From Chitinophaga pinensis (GTDB lineage: Bacteria; Bacteroidota; Bacteroidia; NS11-12g; UBA955), in the NCBI GenBank assembly GCA_945863965.1, contig CAMBBZ010000003.1, forward strand, positions 1 through 43,734: a stretch of 43,734 nucleotides of DNA. Reading direction: 5' to 3'. Position numbers and translations under genes: made by a program. The notes under the pieces were generated by a model. The model was given only the letters and a program-made list of their open reading frames with translations. It had not been told where the DNA came from and did not search any database. Positions 17,108-27,484 of this stretch are shown here, piece after piece (within the stretch, counting starts at the first letter, position 1; each line of letters begins with the position of its first letter).

Positions 17108-17180
17108 GCGAGAGTAGCTCAGCTGGTAGAGCACAACCTTGCCAAGGTTGGGGTCGCGAGTTCGAATCTCGTCTCTCGCT
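17108..17180 (+). tRNA. tRNA-Gly (anticodon GCC), CCA not encoded
   Basis: Acceptor stem GCGAGAG/CTCTCGC, anticodon arm CAACC-TTGCCAA-GGTTG, T loop TTCGAAT. Confidence 0.97.
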
Positions 17181-17218
17181 CAACAAAAAAGCCCTGATTT
17201 CTCAGGGCTTTTTTGTTG
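17181..17218 (+). terminator. Terminator after tRNA-Gly
   Basis: CAACAAAAAAGCCCTGA-TTTC-TCAGGGCTTTTTTGTTG. Confidence 0.9.
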
Positions 17219-17241
17219 CCATTTCTGAATTTTCTTTTTAT

Positions 17242-17457
17242 TACTATAGCCTTATTAGCATACATAAGGAAAATTGCACCTACTCAGACAAGAGACCCAA
17301 ATGGACGTGTAAGAAAGCCTACCAATAGCCTATCATGCCACTTTAAAGCATAGACCATAATCCAAACAAAAAGACTCGAATCGACTTATTGGAAAGCGTA
17401 CCAATAGGGTATGCGGCAATGTTAAAGCAATGACACCCCATCCAAAACGAAAAGAAT
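17242..17457. repeat. Degenerate tandem repeat, period about 79 bp, two clear copies plus one partial copy
   Basis: GAAAGCCTACCAATAG..TTAAAGCA..ATCCAAA..AAAAGA at 17313 recurs as GAAAGCGTACCAATAG..TTAAAGCA..ATCCAAA..AAAAGA at 17392. Confidence 0.65.
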
Positions 17458-17461
17458 ATAA

Positions 17462-17487
17462 AAAAAGCCCCGTTTCCGGGGCTTTTT
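17462..17487 (-). terminator. Terminator after gldJ
   Basis: AAAAAGCCCCG-TTTC-CGGGGCTTTTT. Confidence 0.9.
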
Positions 17488-17508
17488 CAAAAGGTGTTAT
17501 GGTTATTA

Positions 17509-19194
17509 CTAACGTCGCTTTGTTTTTGCGTCGATACCGCTAACCGGTAATTTATTATATTTTTTCTTTGAGTTTCCTACAGGAGAACCTACGCGAATCA
17601 TCGCACAACGGAATCCTAAATAGGAGGCTGACTGATCTTGATCAAGGAAGCGTCTTGAACCGGCAGTGGCTTGATAAACACGGTCTGTCCAGTTACCTCC
17701 TTTAATTACACGAGCCTTGTCATTAATAAGCGTGGTAATACCATAGTCGTAAGCCAAATCAGGCTCTTCCATACCGGCTTGCATATCCTTGTAACCAATG
17801 TTGTCAGATTGACTGTAGTTGCGGCGACCACCTTCTTTGATAGAGGTTTTAACCACATCTTGGAATTTGATACGACCTAAATCGTCTTTATCGCTCAAAC
17901 CACCGGGTCCGTTAGGATCCATTACTACCTGTTGGAACTTGTTACCACGGAATGGCATAAAGGCATCCATATCTTCTAGAGACAAAGGACGGTATACATC
18001 CATTACCCACTCCGATACGTTACCTTCCATGTTATACAGGCCATATGAATTCGGCCAAAAAGAATGCACATGGGTAGTAATCATACCACCATCGTTCAAA
18101 GGACCACTAGCGATACCTGCGTAATCGCCTTTACCACGCATAACGTTCAAGCGGATTTTACCTCTATCTGCTTCTTTACCATCCTTAATACGAATTGTGT
18201 AATCAGACCATGTATAGATTTTGTTTTGATCGATATTGTCAAATTGGGTTTCTCCAATTGCTGCTTTGCAGGCATACTCCCATTCAGCTTCGGTTGGTAA
18301 ACGGTAGTCAGGTAATAATATACCATCTTCCATTTTAACTTTGAAACGCTTTTGGTCTTTTTTCTTTGCTTTAGTGTAGTTGCGTAAAGGCTTAGTGCCT
18401 AACATATTTCCAGCACCTCTTTTGGTACTAACGGCTCCAGAAATATCGACACCGCTAAAAATACCGTTGTCTTGACCTGATAAATAAGAACGGGTATTAA
18501 AATTATTGAATGGATCGCTGTTAATGGTTTGATTGCCCGCATCGAAATTAATTAAACGCTCACGGTCCAAAATCATTTCGTTTACGCGATCGGTACGCCA
18601 TTTTGCGTATTCATTAGCTTGATGCCAATTTACGCCTACTACAGGATAATCCTGATAAGCAGGGTGGCGGAAGTAGTATTCAACGAAAGGTTCGTTGTAT
18701 CCCAATTTACTTCTCCAGCAATTTGTATCGGGTAATATTTTAGTGTAAAGACCCCCTTCAGATGCGGGATCATTAGGGTCGATTTGAACACCTGCGAATT
18801 GGTGGGTACTTTGCAATCCACTATTATTGGGATTGAAAACACGCTGATACCAATAAACGAAATCACCATATTCATGATTGGTTATTTCGCATTCGTCCAT
18901 ATAAAAGGAATGAATGGTTACCGTACGTTCCACGTTATCGTGGTCATATTTCAAATCGGTTTCGGTATTACCCATGGTAAAAGCACCACCTTCGATTAAT
19001 ACCAAACCAGGACCCGTTTCTTGTCCTTTGTAATTTAGTTTGGCATAACCGCCCCATTTAGGGTCGTTGTGCATTTGTCCGGTGTTTTTGCTTTTGATCC
19101 TTGGACCACGTGGGTCACAAGAGGTGAAAACAACCCCTAAAAGGGCTGCAATCATCAGTGCTTTTGTTGTTTTCATTTTGAAATTCTTCAACAT
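17509..19194 (-). CDS. gldJ: Gliding motility lipoprotein GldJ (FGE-sulfatase/SUMF1 fold)
   Basis: Lipobox VFTSC, GPGLVLIEGGAFTMG, YYFRHPAYQDYPVVGVNW, YRLPTEAEWEY, GLYNMEGNVSEW, GFRCAM. Synteny with porU/porV favours GldJ over GldK. Confidence 0.85.
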   Translation of the reverse strand: MLKNFKMKTTKALMIAALLGVVFTSCDPRGPRIKSKNTGQMHNDPKWGGYAKLNYKGQETGPGLVLIEGGAFTMGNTETDLKYDHDNVERTVTIHSFYMDECEITNHEYGDFVYWYQRVFNPNNSGLQSTHQFAGVQIDPNDPASEGGLYTKILPDTNCWRSKLGYNEPFVEYYFRHPAYQDYPVVGVNWHQANEYAKWRTDRVNEMILDRERLINFDAGNQTINSDPFNNFNTRSYLSGQDNGIFSGVDISGAVSTKRGAGNMLGTKPLRNYTKAKKKDQKRFKVKMEDGILLPDYRLPTEAEWEYACKAAIGETQFDNIDQNKIYTWSDYTIRIKDGKEADRGKIRLNVMRGKGDYAGIASGPLNDGGMITTHVHSFWPNSYGLYNMEGNVSEWVMDVYRPLSLEDMDAFMPFRGNKFQQVVMDPNGPGGLSDKDDLGRIKFQDVVKTSIKEGGRRNYSQSDNIGYKDMQAGMEEPDLAYDYGITTLINDKARVIKGGNWTDRVYQATAGSRRFLDQDQSASYLGFRCAMIRVGSPVGNSKKKYNKLPVSGIDAKTKRR

Positions 19195-19277
19195 GGATTA
19201 ATATAACGTGCGTAAAGGTGATTTTATTGCAAACTTACGTTTTTATTCTCTTTTTTATGTTAAGTTAATAGGAGTGA

Positions 19278-20285
19278 TTAGAACTCTGGACACTTTAACG
19301 GACGGAACGGTTTTGAGCCGGGAGGAACACACCAATCGATTGTAGCACTAATCTCATGACTTGAAGGTATGGCACTGCGACCGTCGCTCACCGTGAAATC
19401 ATAGCTATAACCGAATTTGAATCGGTCTTTTCTGAATCCAACAAGCAGTATAATGGCATCTGAGGTGTTGTAATTTCCAAAAGTTTGGCGAAACCACATA
19501 CCCGTAACCAAAGGACCTTTATTTACATAAAATCCCAAGTTAAGTTGTGTGAAATTTCTTTGCACCATAAAGAGTGCGTTTGGAGAAATATTGTCTTCGC
19601 TGTAACGACCTCCACCGTATTTGATTACACCACCAAGATGGGCTGTATATCTAATAGGTAATATTTCATCAGGGTTTTCATAAAAACTCCAATTGGGTTG
19701 CGTAATGTTATGAGCCGCAAATCCACCGTAAAACTTTGAATTGTAAATTACCCAACCGGCGTTGAAGTTAGGATAGGTAACGCGTTCTGCTGCCTTTTGC
19801 TCTCCTGTAGGATTAACAAAACCTTGGGTGGGTAGAATTTGATCTCCGAATCTCAATCTATTCCAATCTAGACTTTTAATGGCCAAAGATCCTTGTAACC
19901 CGAAGCGCATCACCGCAGCGTTTCTGCCTCTTCCCAATGGAAGATAATAGCTGTATACGCCACTTATCGTTGTGGATTGTAACAAACCTGAACCTGCAAC
20001 GTCATGAAAAACCATAGCGCCAAGGCCACCCCCGATGCTCGGGATGTGTTGGTCCCAAGAAAGACCATAAGAACGGAAGGTGCCCGGTAGACTGGGCCAC
20101 TGATTGCGATAGTTCATGGAAACACGACCAGCTGCACCTGTTTGACATACTGCAGAACCCGCCAATGCTGGGTTTGTGTATACCGGTGCTGCGTAGAATT
20201 GTGTTAATTCTGGGTCCTGCGCTTTTAAACTGCCGCAAGCCAAAACGAACATACCCATCAATGCAAAGCGTAGTGATTTATTCAT
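19278..20285 (-). CDS. porP: T9SS membrane protein, PorP/SprF family
   Basis: AQDPELTQFYAAPVYTNPALAG, NYRNQW, FGYSYD, SHEIS. Probable start is MNKSLR at 20285. Confidence 0.9.
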   Translation of the reverse strand: MNKSLRFALMGMFVLACGSLKAQDPELTQFYAAPVYTNPALAGSAVCQTGAAGRVSMNYRNQWPSLPGTFRSYGLSWDQHIPSIGGGLGAMVFHDVAGSGLLQSTTISGVYSYYLPLGRGRNAAVMRFGLQGSLAIKSLDWNRLRFGDQILPTQGFVNPTGEQKAAERVTYPNFNAGWVIYNSKFYGGFAAHNITQPNWSFYENPDEILPIRYTAHLGGVIKYGGGRYSEDNISPNALFMVQRNFTQLNLGFYVNKGPLVTGMWFRQTFGNYNTSDAIILLVGFRKDRFKFGYSYDFTVSDGRSAIPSSHEISATIDWCVPPGSKPFRPLKCPEF

Positions 20286-20521
20286 AGTGGTTCTATACTT
20301 GGGTAACAAATGTAAAGATAAAACGAATCAAATAAAAAAATATTTTGTTCCCACTAAGAAGAAAAAAGGGCCTTTATCGCAAACATGACACTACACAGAA
20401 TTTTGATGGGGAATTGCTTATTCCTTTAATAGGTGACTTCGTTCCGTCAGATTTATATCATCAACACCCTTTTAAAACATCCAAGACAAATTTTCGTTAC
20501 CTTTACATATCAATTATATCT

Positions 20522-23500
20522 ATGATGTTGCCTTTTGTTTTTCGTTTGATTATCGCGACTTTGCTTTTGTTTTCGGGACTAATGCCGGTGCAGCTCTCCG
20601 CGCAATTTACAGGGGAAAAGCAACCTTTTGAAACCGGTAAATGGATTCAATTACAAGTGAATCAAGGCGGATTTTTTAAGGTCGGATATCAGGATTTGCT
20701 GAATTACGGTTTTAATCCGGCCCAAATTAACCCGAAAACCATCCGGCTTTTTGTATCACAAGGTGCGGGCTATCCCGATTTGAATGGTTCGGTTACTTCT
20801 AGCACTCCTGAAGTGGCTATTTATATACACGGCGAAACCGATGCCAAATTTGATGTCAATGACTATATTGTATTTTATGTAGAACCCCTTGTTTCCTTTG
20901 AAGCCGATAATGTGCGTTTCAAACGAAATCGACACCAATACGCTAAAAAGATAACCGCTTTTTTAGGAAGTAACAATCAAACCCTAGGAAAACGTATTGC
21001 ATTGGCAAGCGAAGCGGCTGTAAACGATCTACCTATTATATATGGTGGCTGTGTAATGAATCTCCTAGAAAGTGACCTGCTAAATCCGTTGGGAATGGGT
21101 CGGGTATGGCTTGGAGAAAAACTAGGAAACGAAACACTTTCTCGAAATTACGCCACTCAAATCCCCAATGGGGTTGATTCAACGTGGTTGCAATTCCGAA
21201 TTGGCGCTTCAATGATTGATGAAACGGGTTGGCTGTATATTCGCTACGGATTGCAACAATTTAATTTATACTTAAGGCGCAATACTTCAGGCGATGAACC
21301 GGTTTATACTCAAGAATTCCAGCTTCGAACAGCAGAATTTGGATCATTTCCTTTAGAATTGAGTCTCAATCGAAAAAACAGTCAATCAGCGGCCTATTTA
21401 GATTATCTGCAGTTTCAGTCTTTTGGAAAACACGAAAAAGTGAATTCTACTGATTGGTATTATCCGCAACTTAACAAAGAGGAAATTAAAAAAGGCGCAC
21501 AATTTGAATTTTCGGGGGAAGTCGCCGAACGCCTCGTCTGGGATGTCAGCAATCCGTATGCACCTGTGCAATTGTTCGCTGCCCTTAAGGGAGCCAATCA
21601 ACAGTATCACCATCCAAATCCGCGTGTGTCGGCACACCTTGCCGTTCAGACGATTTCCCAAATGAAAAGCCCTGTTTTCTTAGGCGGTATTTTGCCCTCT
21701 TTGGTCAACGATTTAATTGCCCCTACCTTATATATAGTAAATACGCCTTTCGCTAACGTCTTGAAATCACAAGATTGGGACAATATTAATCCCGATAGTA
21801 AAATTGTTTTGATTCAAGATATTTATAATCAATACAGTGGGGGAGAACCGGACTTGGGTGCTATCCGGGCGTATTTGAGATTTTTACATGCTTTTTATAA
21901 GGATGCCAACGGAAATCCAATCCTTAAGTATGTAACGCTTGTAGGAGCCGCATCGTATGATTTCTTTGACAGACTTCCTGGGAATACCAATTTTATACCT
22001 ATCTATCAATCCTTGGGCGAGCAAAAAACATCCAATTATAGTTTAGACGATTATGTCGGTTATTTAACGGAGGGTCAGGGCGACTTAAAACTTGGACAAA
22101 GCAAATTAGATGTGGTAATCGGACGAATTCCCGCTAGAACGGAAAGTGAGGTCGCGCAATTTTTCGAAAAACGGAAAAATTATGCGTCTACAAAAACGTT
22201 AGGTGCTTGGAGAAGCCGCATTACGTTTGTAACCGATGATATTGATGAAGCTTGGGAAAAGGAATTTACCTACGAATCTGAAGATTATGCCCAATATATA
22301 GCTGAAAATCACCCTTATTTAAGGGTAAACCGGATCTTTGCAGATGCATTTGTTCAGAAAACAAACGGCAATAACGAAGCCTATCCAGATGTAAACACGG
22401 CAATTAAAAAAAGTTTTGAAGAAGGAAGTCTATTTGTCAATTATCAAGGTCACGGAGGTGAAACAGGTTGGGGGCAAGAAGCGTTCTTTGATATCCCTAC
22501 GATTAATAGCTTAAATAACCCCTATAAAATACCCGTTTTATTTACAGCCACTTGCGAGTTTTCTCGTTTTGATAATCCCGCCTTGCAATCCGCAGGCGAG
22601 AAAACATTGTTCAGAAAAAACGGAGGTGCCATCGCATTAATGACGACCACCCGAACCGTTTGGGTATCGGGAAACACGATAATTAATAATGCATTTTGGA
22701 AAAATTATGGATTTCCCAAACCAAATGAGGCGGTTCCTACTTTAGGCGATTTATACGGCCGTTTGAAAAACAGACCGCGTTTGAATTCTGAGGATAATAA
22801 ATTTGCACTTTTGGGTGACCCTTCAATGAAGTTGGCATTTCCAGAGCATGTAGTAGTTTTAGACACAATAAACGGAGTCTCATTTGAGCAATTTTCTGAT
22901 ACGTTGAAAGCATTTTCAGTAATTCGAGTTAGTGGTCATGTAAACGAGCGTTTAAAAGGATTGTTAGATGATTTTAATGGGGAATTGGAAGTTGAGATAT
23001 TTGACAAGCCTGTTCAGCAATTTACCTTAGACAATGATAAGGAGGGTGTGAATGTACCCTTCGAATCAGAGAGTAGTGTCATATTTAAAGGGAAAGTGAG
23101 TGTGATTAAAGGACGTTTCGAATTCGCATTTGCCATACCTAAAGATATATCCTATCAAATTGGTAATGGCCGTTGTATTTTTTATGCCCAAGACGGTAAA
23201 AGGGATGCTGCTGGGTTTTGGGAATTTAAGATTGGGGGATCGAGCCCGATACAAGAATTAGATACAATTGGACCAAAGATAAGGGCCTTTATGGGCGATA
23301 CTCTGTTTGTAAACGGAGGACAAGTACAATCAGAATCAAATTTTGTAGCCTTGGTATACGATAAAAATGGATTGAACGCTACGGGTGCGGGTATTGGCAG
23401 AGATATGGTGTTGACGATAGATCCAGGAACCGAGTCCGAAGCAAGTTATGTCGTTAATGAGTTTTTTAATTACGATGCCAATTCCTATCAGCAAGGATAT

Positions 23501-23932
23501 ATAAATTTTCCTTTGAAAGATTTAAGTCCTGGTCACCATACCGCGCATTTGAAAGTATGGGATATCTATAATAATTCAGGTAATGGGATCGTAGACTTTG
23601 AGGTGGGACCTGCACGGGAACTCATCATTTCTGGGTCTTCGGTATTCCCAAATCCGACAAATAGCCTTGAAAATTTGCGATTTTCGCTAAATCACAATAT
23701 GCCCAATGAAGATTTAAATGCGTCTATTTCGATCTATAACATTGGTGGTGTGCGGGTTTTCGAGTCTGAGACCTTCATTTGGTCGGCTCCAAGTAAACTA
23801 ATTTTACCCGAAGGCCAAGATAATTGGTTTGGGGGTATTGATTTACCTGCGGGTCTTTATGTATATCACCTTAAACTGAGTACCCAAGACGGACTGTCTG
23901 ATCGGGTAGCAGGGAAGCTGATTAAACAATAG
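20522..23932 (+). CDS. porU: T9SS sortase PorU (C25 gingipain-like)
   Basis: Catalytic His in NYQGHGG and Cys in TATCEF, IGRIP, LLGDP, KVWD.YNN and a C-terminal CTD (FPNP...KLIKQ). Start moved to 20522, where the signal peptide begins. Confidence 0.93.
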   Translation: MMLPFVFRLIIATLLLFSGLMPVQLSAQFTGEKQPFETGKWIQLQVNQGGFFKVGYQDLLNYGFNPAQINPKTIRLFVSQGAGYPDLNGSVTSSTPEVAIYIHGETDAKFDVNDYIVFYVEPLVSFEADNVRFKRNRHQYAKKITAFLGSNNQTLGKRIALASEAAVNDLPIIYGGCVMNLLESDLLNPLGMGRVWLGEKLGNETLSRNYATQIPNGVDSTWLQFRIGASMIDETGWLYIRYGLQQFNLYLRRNTSGDEPVYTQEFQLRTAEFGSFPLELSLNRKNSQSAAYLDYLQFQSFGKHEKVNSTDWYYPQLNKEEIKKGAQFEFSGEVAERLVWDVSNPYAPVQLFAALKGANQQYHHPNPRVSAHLAVQTISQMKSPVFLGGILPSLVNDLIAPTLYIVNTPFANVLKSQDWDNINPDSKIVLIQDIYNQYSGGEPDLGAIRAYLRFLHAFYKDANGNPILKYVTLVGAASYDFFDRLPGNTNFIPIYQSLGEQKTSNYSLDDYVGYLTEGQGDLKLGQSKLDVVIGRIPARTESEVAQFFEKRKNYASTKTLGAWRSRITFVTDDIDEAWEKEFTYESEDYAQYIAENHPYLRVNRIFADAFVQKTNGNNEAYPDVNTAIKKSFEEGSLFVNYQGHGGETGWGQEAFFDIPTINSLNNPYKIPVLFTATCEFSRFDNPALQSAGEKTLFRKNGGAIALMTTTRTVWVSGNTIINNAFWKNYGFPKPNEAVPTLGDLYGRLKNRPRLNSEDNKFALLGDPSMKLAFPEHVVVLDTINGVSFEQFSDTLKAFSVIRVSGHVNERLKGLLDDFNGELEVEIFDKPVQQFTLDNDKEGVNVPFESESSVIFKGKVSVIKGRFEFAFAIPKDISYQIGNGRCIFYAQDGKRDAAGFWEFKIGGSSPIQELDTIGPKIRAFMGDTLFVNGGQVQSESNFVALVYDKNGLNATGAGIGRDMVLTIDPGTESEASYVVNEFFNYDANSYQQGYINFPLKDLSPGHHTAHLKVWDIYNNSGNGIVDFEVGPARELIISGSSVFPNPTNSLENLRFSLNHNMPNEDLNASISIYNIGGVRVFESETFIWSAPSKLILPEGQDNWFGGIDLPAGLYVYHLKLSTQDGLSDRVAGKLIKQ

Positions 23933-24020
23933 ACAAATGAAACAAAAAGCCAAAAAGATGAATCATCCAAAAAAAAATTACCAATCTCAAAAACGAACCC
24001 CTATTTTTGTTGGGTTACCT

Positions 24021-25244
24021 ATGTCGAGGAAATTAGTTTTAGCCACGCTTGGCTGTGTCGTACTTTCATGTACGTCGATTCAAGCCCAAATTAATACGGG
24101 ACAGATTACCGGTGCTGATTTATCATCGGAAATTAATGCCGTGAGTACCATGGTACCCTTTTTAACCATCTCTCCCGATAGTCGCTCTGCGTCTATGGGT
24201 GATGTAGGTGTCGCCTTATTTAATCCCGATGCTAATAGTGCCGCTTGGAATAACGCCAATTTAACATTTGCCGAAAACAAAACCGGATTTTCGCTTTCAT
24301 ATGCGCCATGGTTACGCCAATTGGTAAATGATGTGGGCTTTTCGTATTTGTCGGGGTACTCAAAAATTAGCAAAAATTCGGCCGTTTCGGGTTCATTTAG
24401 GTACTTCTCTTTAGGGAATATCAATTTTACGGATTTTGATGGCAATCCAACTGGAAGCTTCAATCCCAATGAGTTTGCGCTCGATATTGGTTACGCAACT
24501 AAGTTCTCTGAAAAATTTGCAATGGGTGTAAACCTGCGTTATATCTATTCCAACTTAGTTGGTTCGGGTGTTCGTACTGGTATTGATTATACAGCAGGAA
24601 CTTCAGTGGCTGGTGATATTAGTTTGATTTACCGCGATGAAATTAGAGCAGGTGGTAAACGCCACCGTTTTAATGTGGGATTAAACCTTCAGAATATAGG
24701 GTCCAAAATGACGTATTCCTCTGAAGAAAAAAGAGATTTTATCCCTACTAACCTGAAATTTGGAGTTGGATATAAATACGAAGTTGACGATCATAACGAA
24801 TTTTTTATCTATGCCGATGTGAACAAACTATTGGTACCCACTCCGCCCTTTGTACTTAAGAAATACAATTCCTCTGCCGATTCAATAGATCCCAATACCA
24901 ATCAAGTGGCGCTCATCGGAATGAATAAAAATGTAAATCCCGTTCAGGGCATGGTTCAGTCCTTTTACGATGCACCAGGTGGTGCTTCGGAAGAAATTAG
25001 AGAATGGACCCCTTCAGTAGGGTTTGAATACGTGTATGAAAAAATATTTGCCTTGCGTGGAGGTGCTTTTTACGAGGCACGTACCAAAGGGGCACGTCAA
25101 TATCTAACATTGGGAATGGGACTTAAATTTGAGTCGCTCACCCTTGATGCGGCATATTTAGTGCCCTTCTCTAACCGCCATCCGTTGCAAAATCAAATGC
25201 GTTTTTCGCTTTTGTTTGATATGTCTTCACTCTCTGATAAGTAA
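24021..25244 (+). CDS. porV: T9SS outer-membrane shuttle PorV (LptO)
   Basis: VPFLTISPDSR..SMGD.GVA, SYAPWL, RYFSLG, DVNKLLVPTPP, KGARQY, HPL.N..RFSL. Probable start at 24021, preceded by TATTTTTG at 24002-24009. Confidence 0.93.
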   Translation: MSRKLVLATLGCVVLSCTSIQAQINTGQITGADLSSEINAVSTMVPFLTISPDSRSASMGDVGVALFNPDANSAAWNNANLTFAENKTGFSLSYAPWLRQLVNDVGFSYLSGYSKISKNSAVSGSFRYFSLGNINFTDFDGNPTGSFNPNEFALDIGYATKFSEKFAMGVNLRYIYSNLVGSGVRTGIDYTAGTSVAGDISLIYRDEIRAGGKRHRFNVGLNLQNIGSKMTYSSEEKRDFIPTNLKFGVGYKYEVDDHNEFFIYADVNKLLVPTPPFVLKKYNSSADSIDPNTNQVALIGMNKNVNPVQGMVQSFYDAPGGASEEIREWTPSVGFEYVYEKIFALRGGAFYEARTKGARQYLTLGMGLKFESLTLDAAYLVPFSNRHPLQNQMRFSLLFDMSSLSDK

Positions 25245-25268
25245 TAGGATACGCCGTTTTAATTAACA

Positions 25269-25298
25269 AAAAAGCCGACCCGAAAAGGTCGGCTTTTT
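25269..25298 (+). terminator. Terminator after porV
   Basis: AAAAAGCCGACC-CGAAAA-GGTCGGCTTTTT. Confidence 0.9.
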
Positions 25299-25421
25299 AA
25301 GTTATTGAATTGGTTTTACGGAAAATTTTCAACGATACCCTCAAATATGCAGCGGTCGTCGGATTTTTAAGCTTGGTTCTTTTTTGGTTAAATATTACGC
25401 ATACTTATGTAACTTTGCTGC

Positions 25422-26963
25422 ATGTCTGATCCGAGAGAAAAATTGGCTCAAAAGCGGGCTGAAACCTTATTAGGTGGAGGCTTAAAACGAATTGATGCCC
25501 AGCATGCCAAAGGAAAGTTAACGGCACGCGAGCGTATCGATTTGCTTTTAGACGAAGCAAGCTTTCAGGAAATTGGAAATATGGTGGTTCACCGTAGCCA
25601 TGATTTTGGCATGGATCAGCAACTATTATTAGGAGATGGCGTGGTTACCGGTTACGGTAAAATCCATGGCCGTTTGGTTTATGTTTTCTCACAGGACTTT
25701 ACTGTTTTTGGGGGAAGTTTATCGGAGACTCACGCGGAAAAGATTTGTAAAATCATGGATCTTGCCTTGGAAAACGGTGCCCCATTAATTGGATTGAACG
25801 ATTCAGGTGGTGCACGGATTCAAGAAGGCGTTGTTTCGTTAGGTGGGTATGCCGATATCTTTTACCGCAATACTAGAAGTAGTGGTGTTATTCCTCAAAT
25901 TTCAGCGATAATGGGACCTTGTGCAGGTGGAGCTGTTTATTCACCGGCATTGACCGATTTTATTTTCATGGTTGAAAAGACCAGTTATATGTTTGTCACT
26001 GGGCCTAACGTGGTTAAAACAGTAACAAATGAAGAGGTAAGCGCAGAAGACTTAGGTGGGGCATCTGTTCATGGTTCTAAAAGTGGGGTGGCGCATTTTA
26101 CCGTTCCCAATGAAGTAATGTGCTTGAATCAAATTCGTGATTTGATGCAATACGTGCCTCAAAACTGTGAAGAAAAAGGTCCGAAAAACACCTATTTGAT
26201 TCAGAATGAAATTCGTGAAAAACTGAAAGATATTATACCCGCTAATCCCAATCAACCTTACGACATAAAAGATGTTATTCACGAAATAGTGGATACAGAT
26301 TCATTTATGGAAGTGCATAAAGACTTTGCTGAAAACATGGTTGTTGGATTTGCGTTTTTAGCCGGTAGAAGTATCGGAATAGTCGCCAATCAACCTAGTT
26401 TCCTGGCAGGGGTTTTAGACGTTCGAAGCAGTCAAAAAGGGGCACGTTTTGTTCGTTTTTGTGATTCATTTAATATTCCCTTGTTAGTTTTAGAAGATGT
26501 TCCGGGATTTTTACCAGGAACAGATCAAGAGTGGAATGCGATTATTACTAATGGCGCCAAGTTGCTATACGCCTTTTGTGAGGCCACAGTACCACGTATC
26601 ACTGTAATTACGCGTAAAGCTTACGGAGGTGCTTATGATGTAATGAATTCAAAGCACATCGGTGCCGATTTGAACTTTGCTTGGCCCTCGGCTGAAATTG
26701 CCGTGATGGGGGCAAAAGGGGCGGCAGAAATTATTTTCAAGAAAGAAATAGACGCGGCTGAAAACAGAGATGAGGCATGGAAGGATAAAGAAAAACAATA
26801 TTCTGATATTTTTGCAAATCCGTATCGCGCAGCAGAAAGGGGTTTTGTAGATGAGGTTATTTTCCCAGAGGAAACCCGAGAAAAACTCATTCGGGCCTTT
26901 GATATGTTGAAAAACAAAGTGGCGGTGAACCCACGTAAAAAACACGGTAATATGCCGCTTTAA
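25422..26963 (+). CDS. pccB: Acyl-CoA (propionyl-CoA-type) carboxylase, carboxyltransferase beta subunit
   Basis: [55 protein letters not shown]. Confidence 0.92.
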   Translation: MSDPREKLAQKRAETLLGGGLKRIDAQHAKGKLTARERIDLLLDEASFQEIGNMVVHRSHDFGMDQQLLLGDGVVTGYGKIHGRLVYVFSQDFTVFGGSLSETHAEKICKIMDLALENGAPLIGLNDSGGARIQEGVVSLGGYADIFYRNTRSSGVIPQISAIMGPCAGGAVYSPALTDFIFMVEKTSYMFVTGPNVVKTVTNEEVSAEDLGGASVHGSKSGVAHFTVPNEVMCLNQIRDLMQYVPQNCEEKGPKNTYLIQNEIREKLKDIIPANPNQPYDIKDVIHEIVDTDSFMEVHKDFAENMVVGFAFLAGRSIGIVANQPSFLAGVLDVRSSQKGARFVRFCDSFNIPLLVLEDVPGFLPGTDQEWNAIITNGAKLLYAFCEATVPRITVITRKAYGGAYDVMNSKHIGADLNFAWPSAEIAVMGAKGAAEIIFKKEIDAAENRDEAWKDKEKQYSDIFANPYRAAERGFVDEVIFPEETREKLIRAFDMLKNKVAVNPRKKHGNMPL

Positions 26964-27005
26964 TTTTTTTTTATTTTATTTGCACCTAACACAAACCATT
27001 AAAAC

Positions 27006-27473
27006 ATGGAACTAAAAGACATCCAAACACTTATCAAGTTTGTATCACAAAATGCCGTTGATGAAGTAGAAATCAACGACAAGGATTTTAAACTGTTAAT
27101 TAAAAAGAATCCCCAACAGTTTTACACAGCGCCTACCCAATCTTATGTGGCCCCAATCAACATAGCCTCACCTGAAGTGCAGGTTATGACGTCGGCCCCT
27201 GCTGTTACTGCTGAGGCTCCTATCGCCAGCAATTTGATTGAAATAAAATCGCCAATGGTCGGAACATTCTACCGCGCTGCCAATCCGAATTCGCCTATAT
27301 TTGCTAATGTCGGTGATGAAGTGATGCCAGGAAAAGTAGTTTGTATCATCGAAGCTATGAAGTTATTCAACGAGATTGAATGCGAGATAAAAGGTAAAAT
27401 TGTAAAGGTATTGGTCGATAATGCCAGTCCTGTTGAATACGACCAACCCCTATTTCTTGTTGAACCCGCCTAA
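27006..27473 (+). CDS. accB: Biotin carboxyl carrier protein
   Basis: SPMVGTFY and biotinylation site EAMKLFN. Confidence 0.96.
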   Translation: MELKDIQTLIKFVSQNAVDEVEINDKDFKLLIKKNPQQFYTAPTQSYVAPINIASPEVQVMTSAPAVTAEAPIASNLIEIKSPMVGTFYRAANPNSPIFANVGDEVMPGKVVCIIEAMKLFNEIECEIKGKIVKVLVDNASPVEYDQPLFLVEPA

Positions 27474-27484
27474 ACATCTACTGT

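Noticed and set aside
16779-17328. ORFs 16779-17006 (-) and 17083-17328 (+)
   Set aside because: They overlap RNase P RNA and tRNA-Gly and are spurious.
17242-17457. Possible CRISPR array
   Set aside because: No identical repeats with unique spacers and no cas genes. Reported only as a degenerate tandem repeat.
20345-20521. 59-codon N-terminal extension of PorU in the ORF track (also extensions of PorP, PorV, NamZ, the permease and the oxidoreductase-like ORF)
   Set aside because: Signal peptides and -7 promoter boxes point to downstream starts. These are longest-ORF artefacts.
17509-25244. T9SS gldJ-porP/porU-porV locus as a novelty
   Set aside because: This is a well-known conserved Bacteroidota arrangement, and the catalytic motifs look normal.
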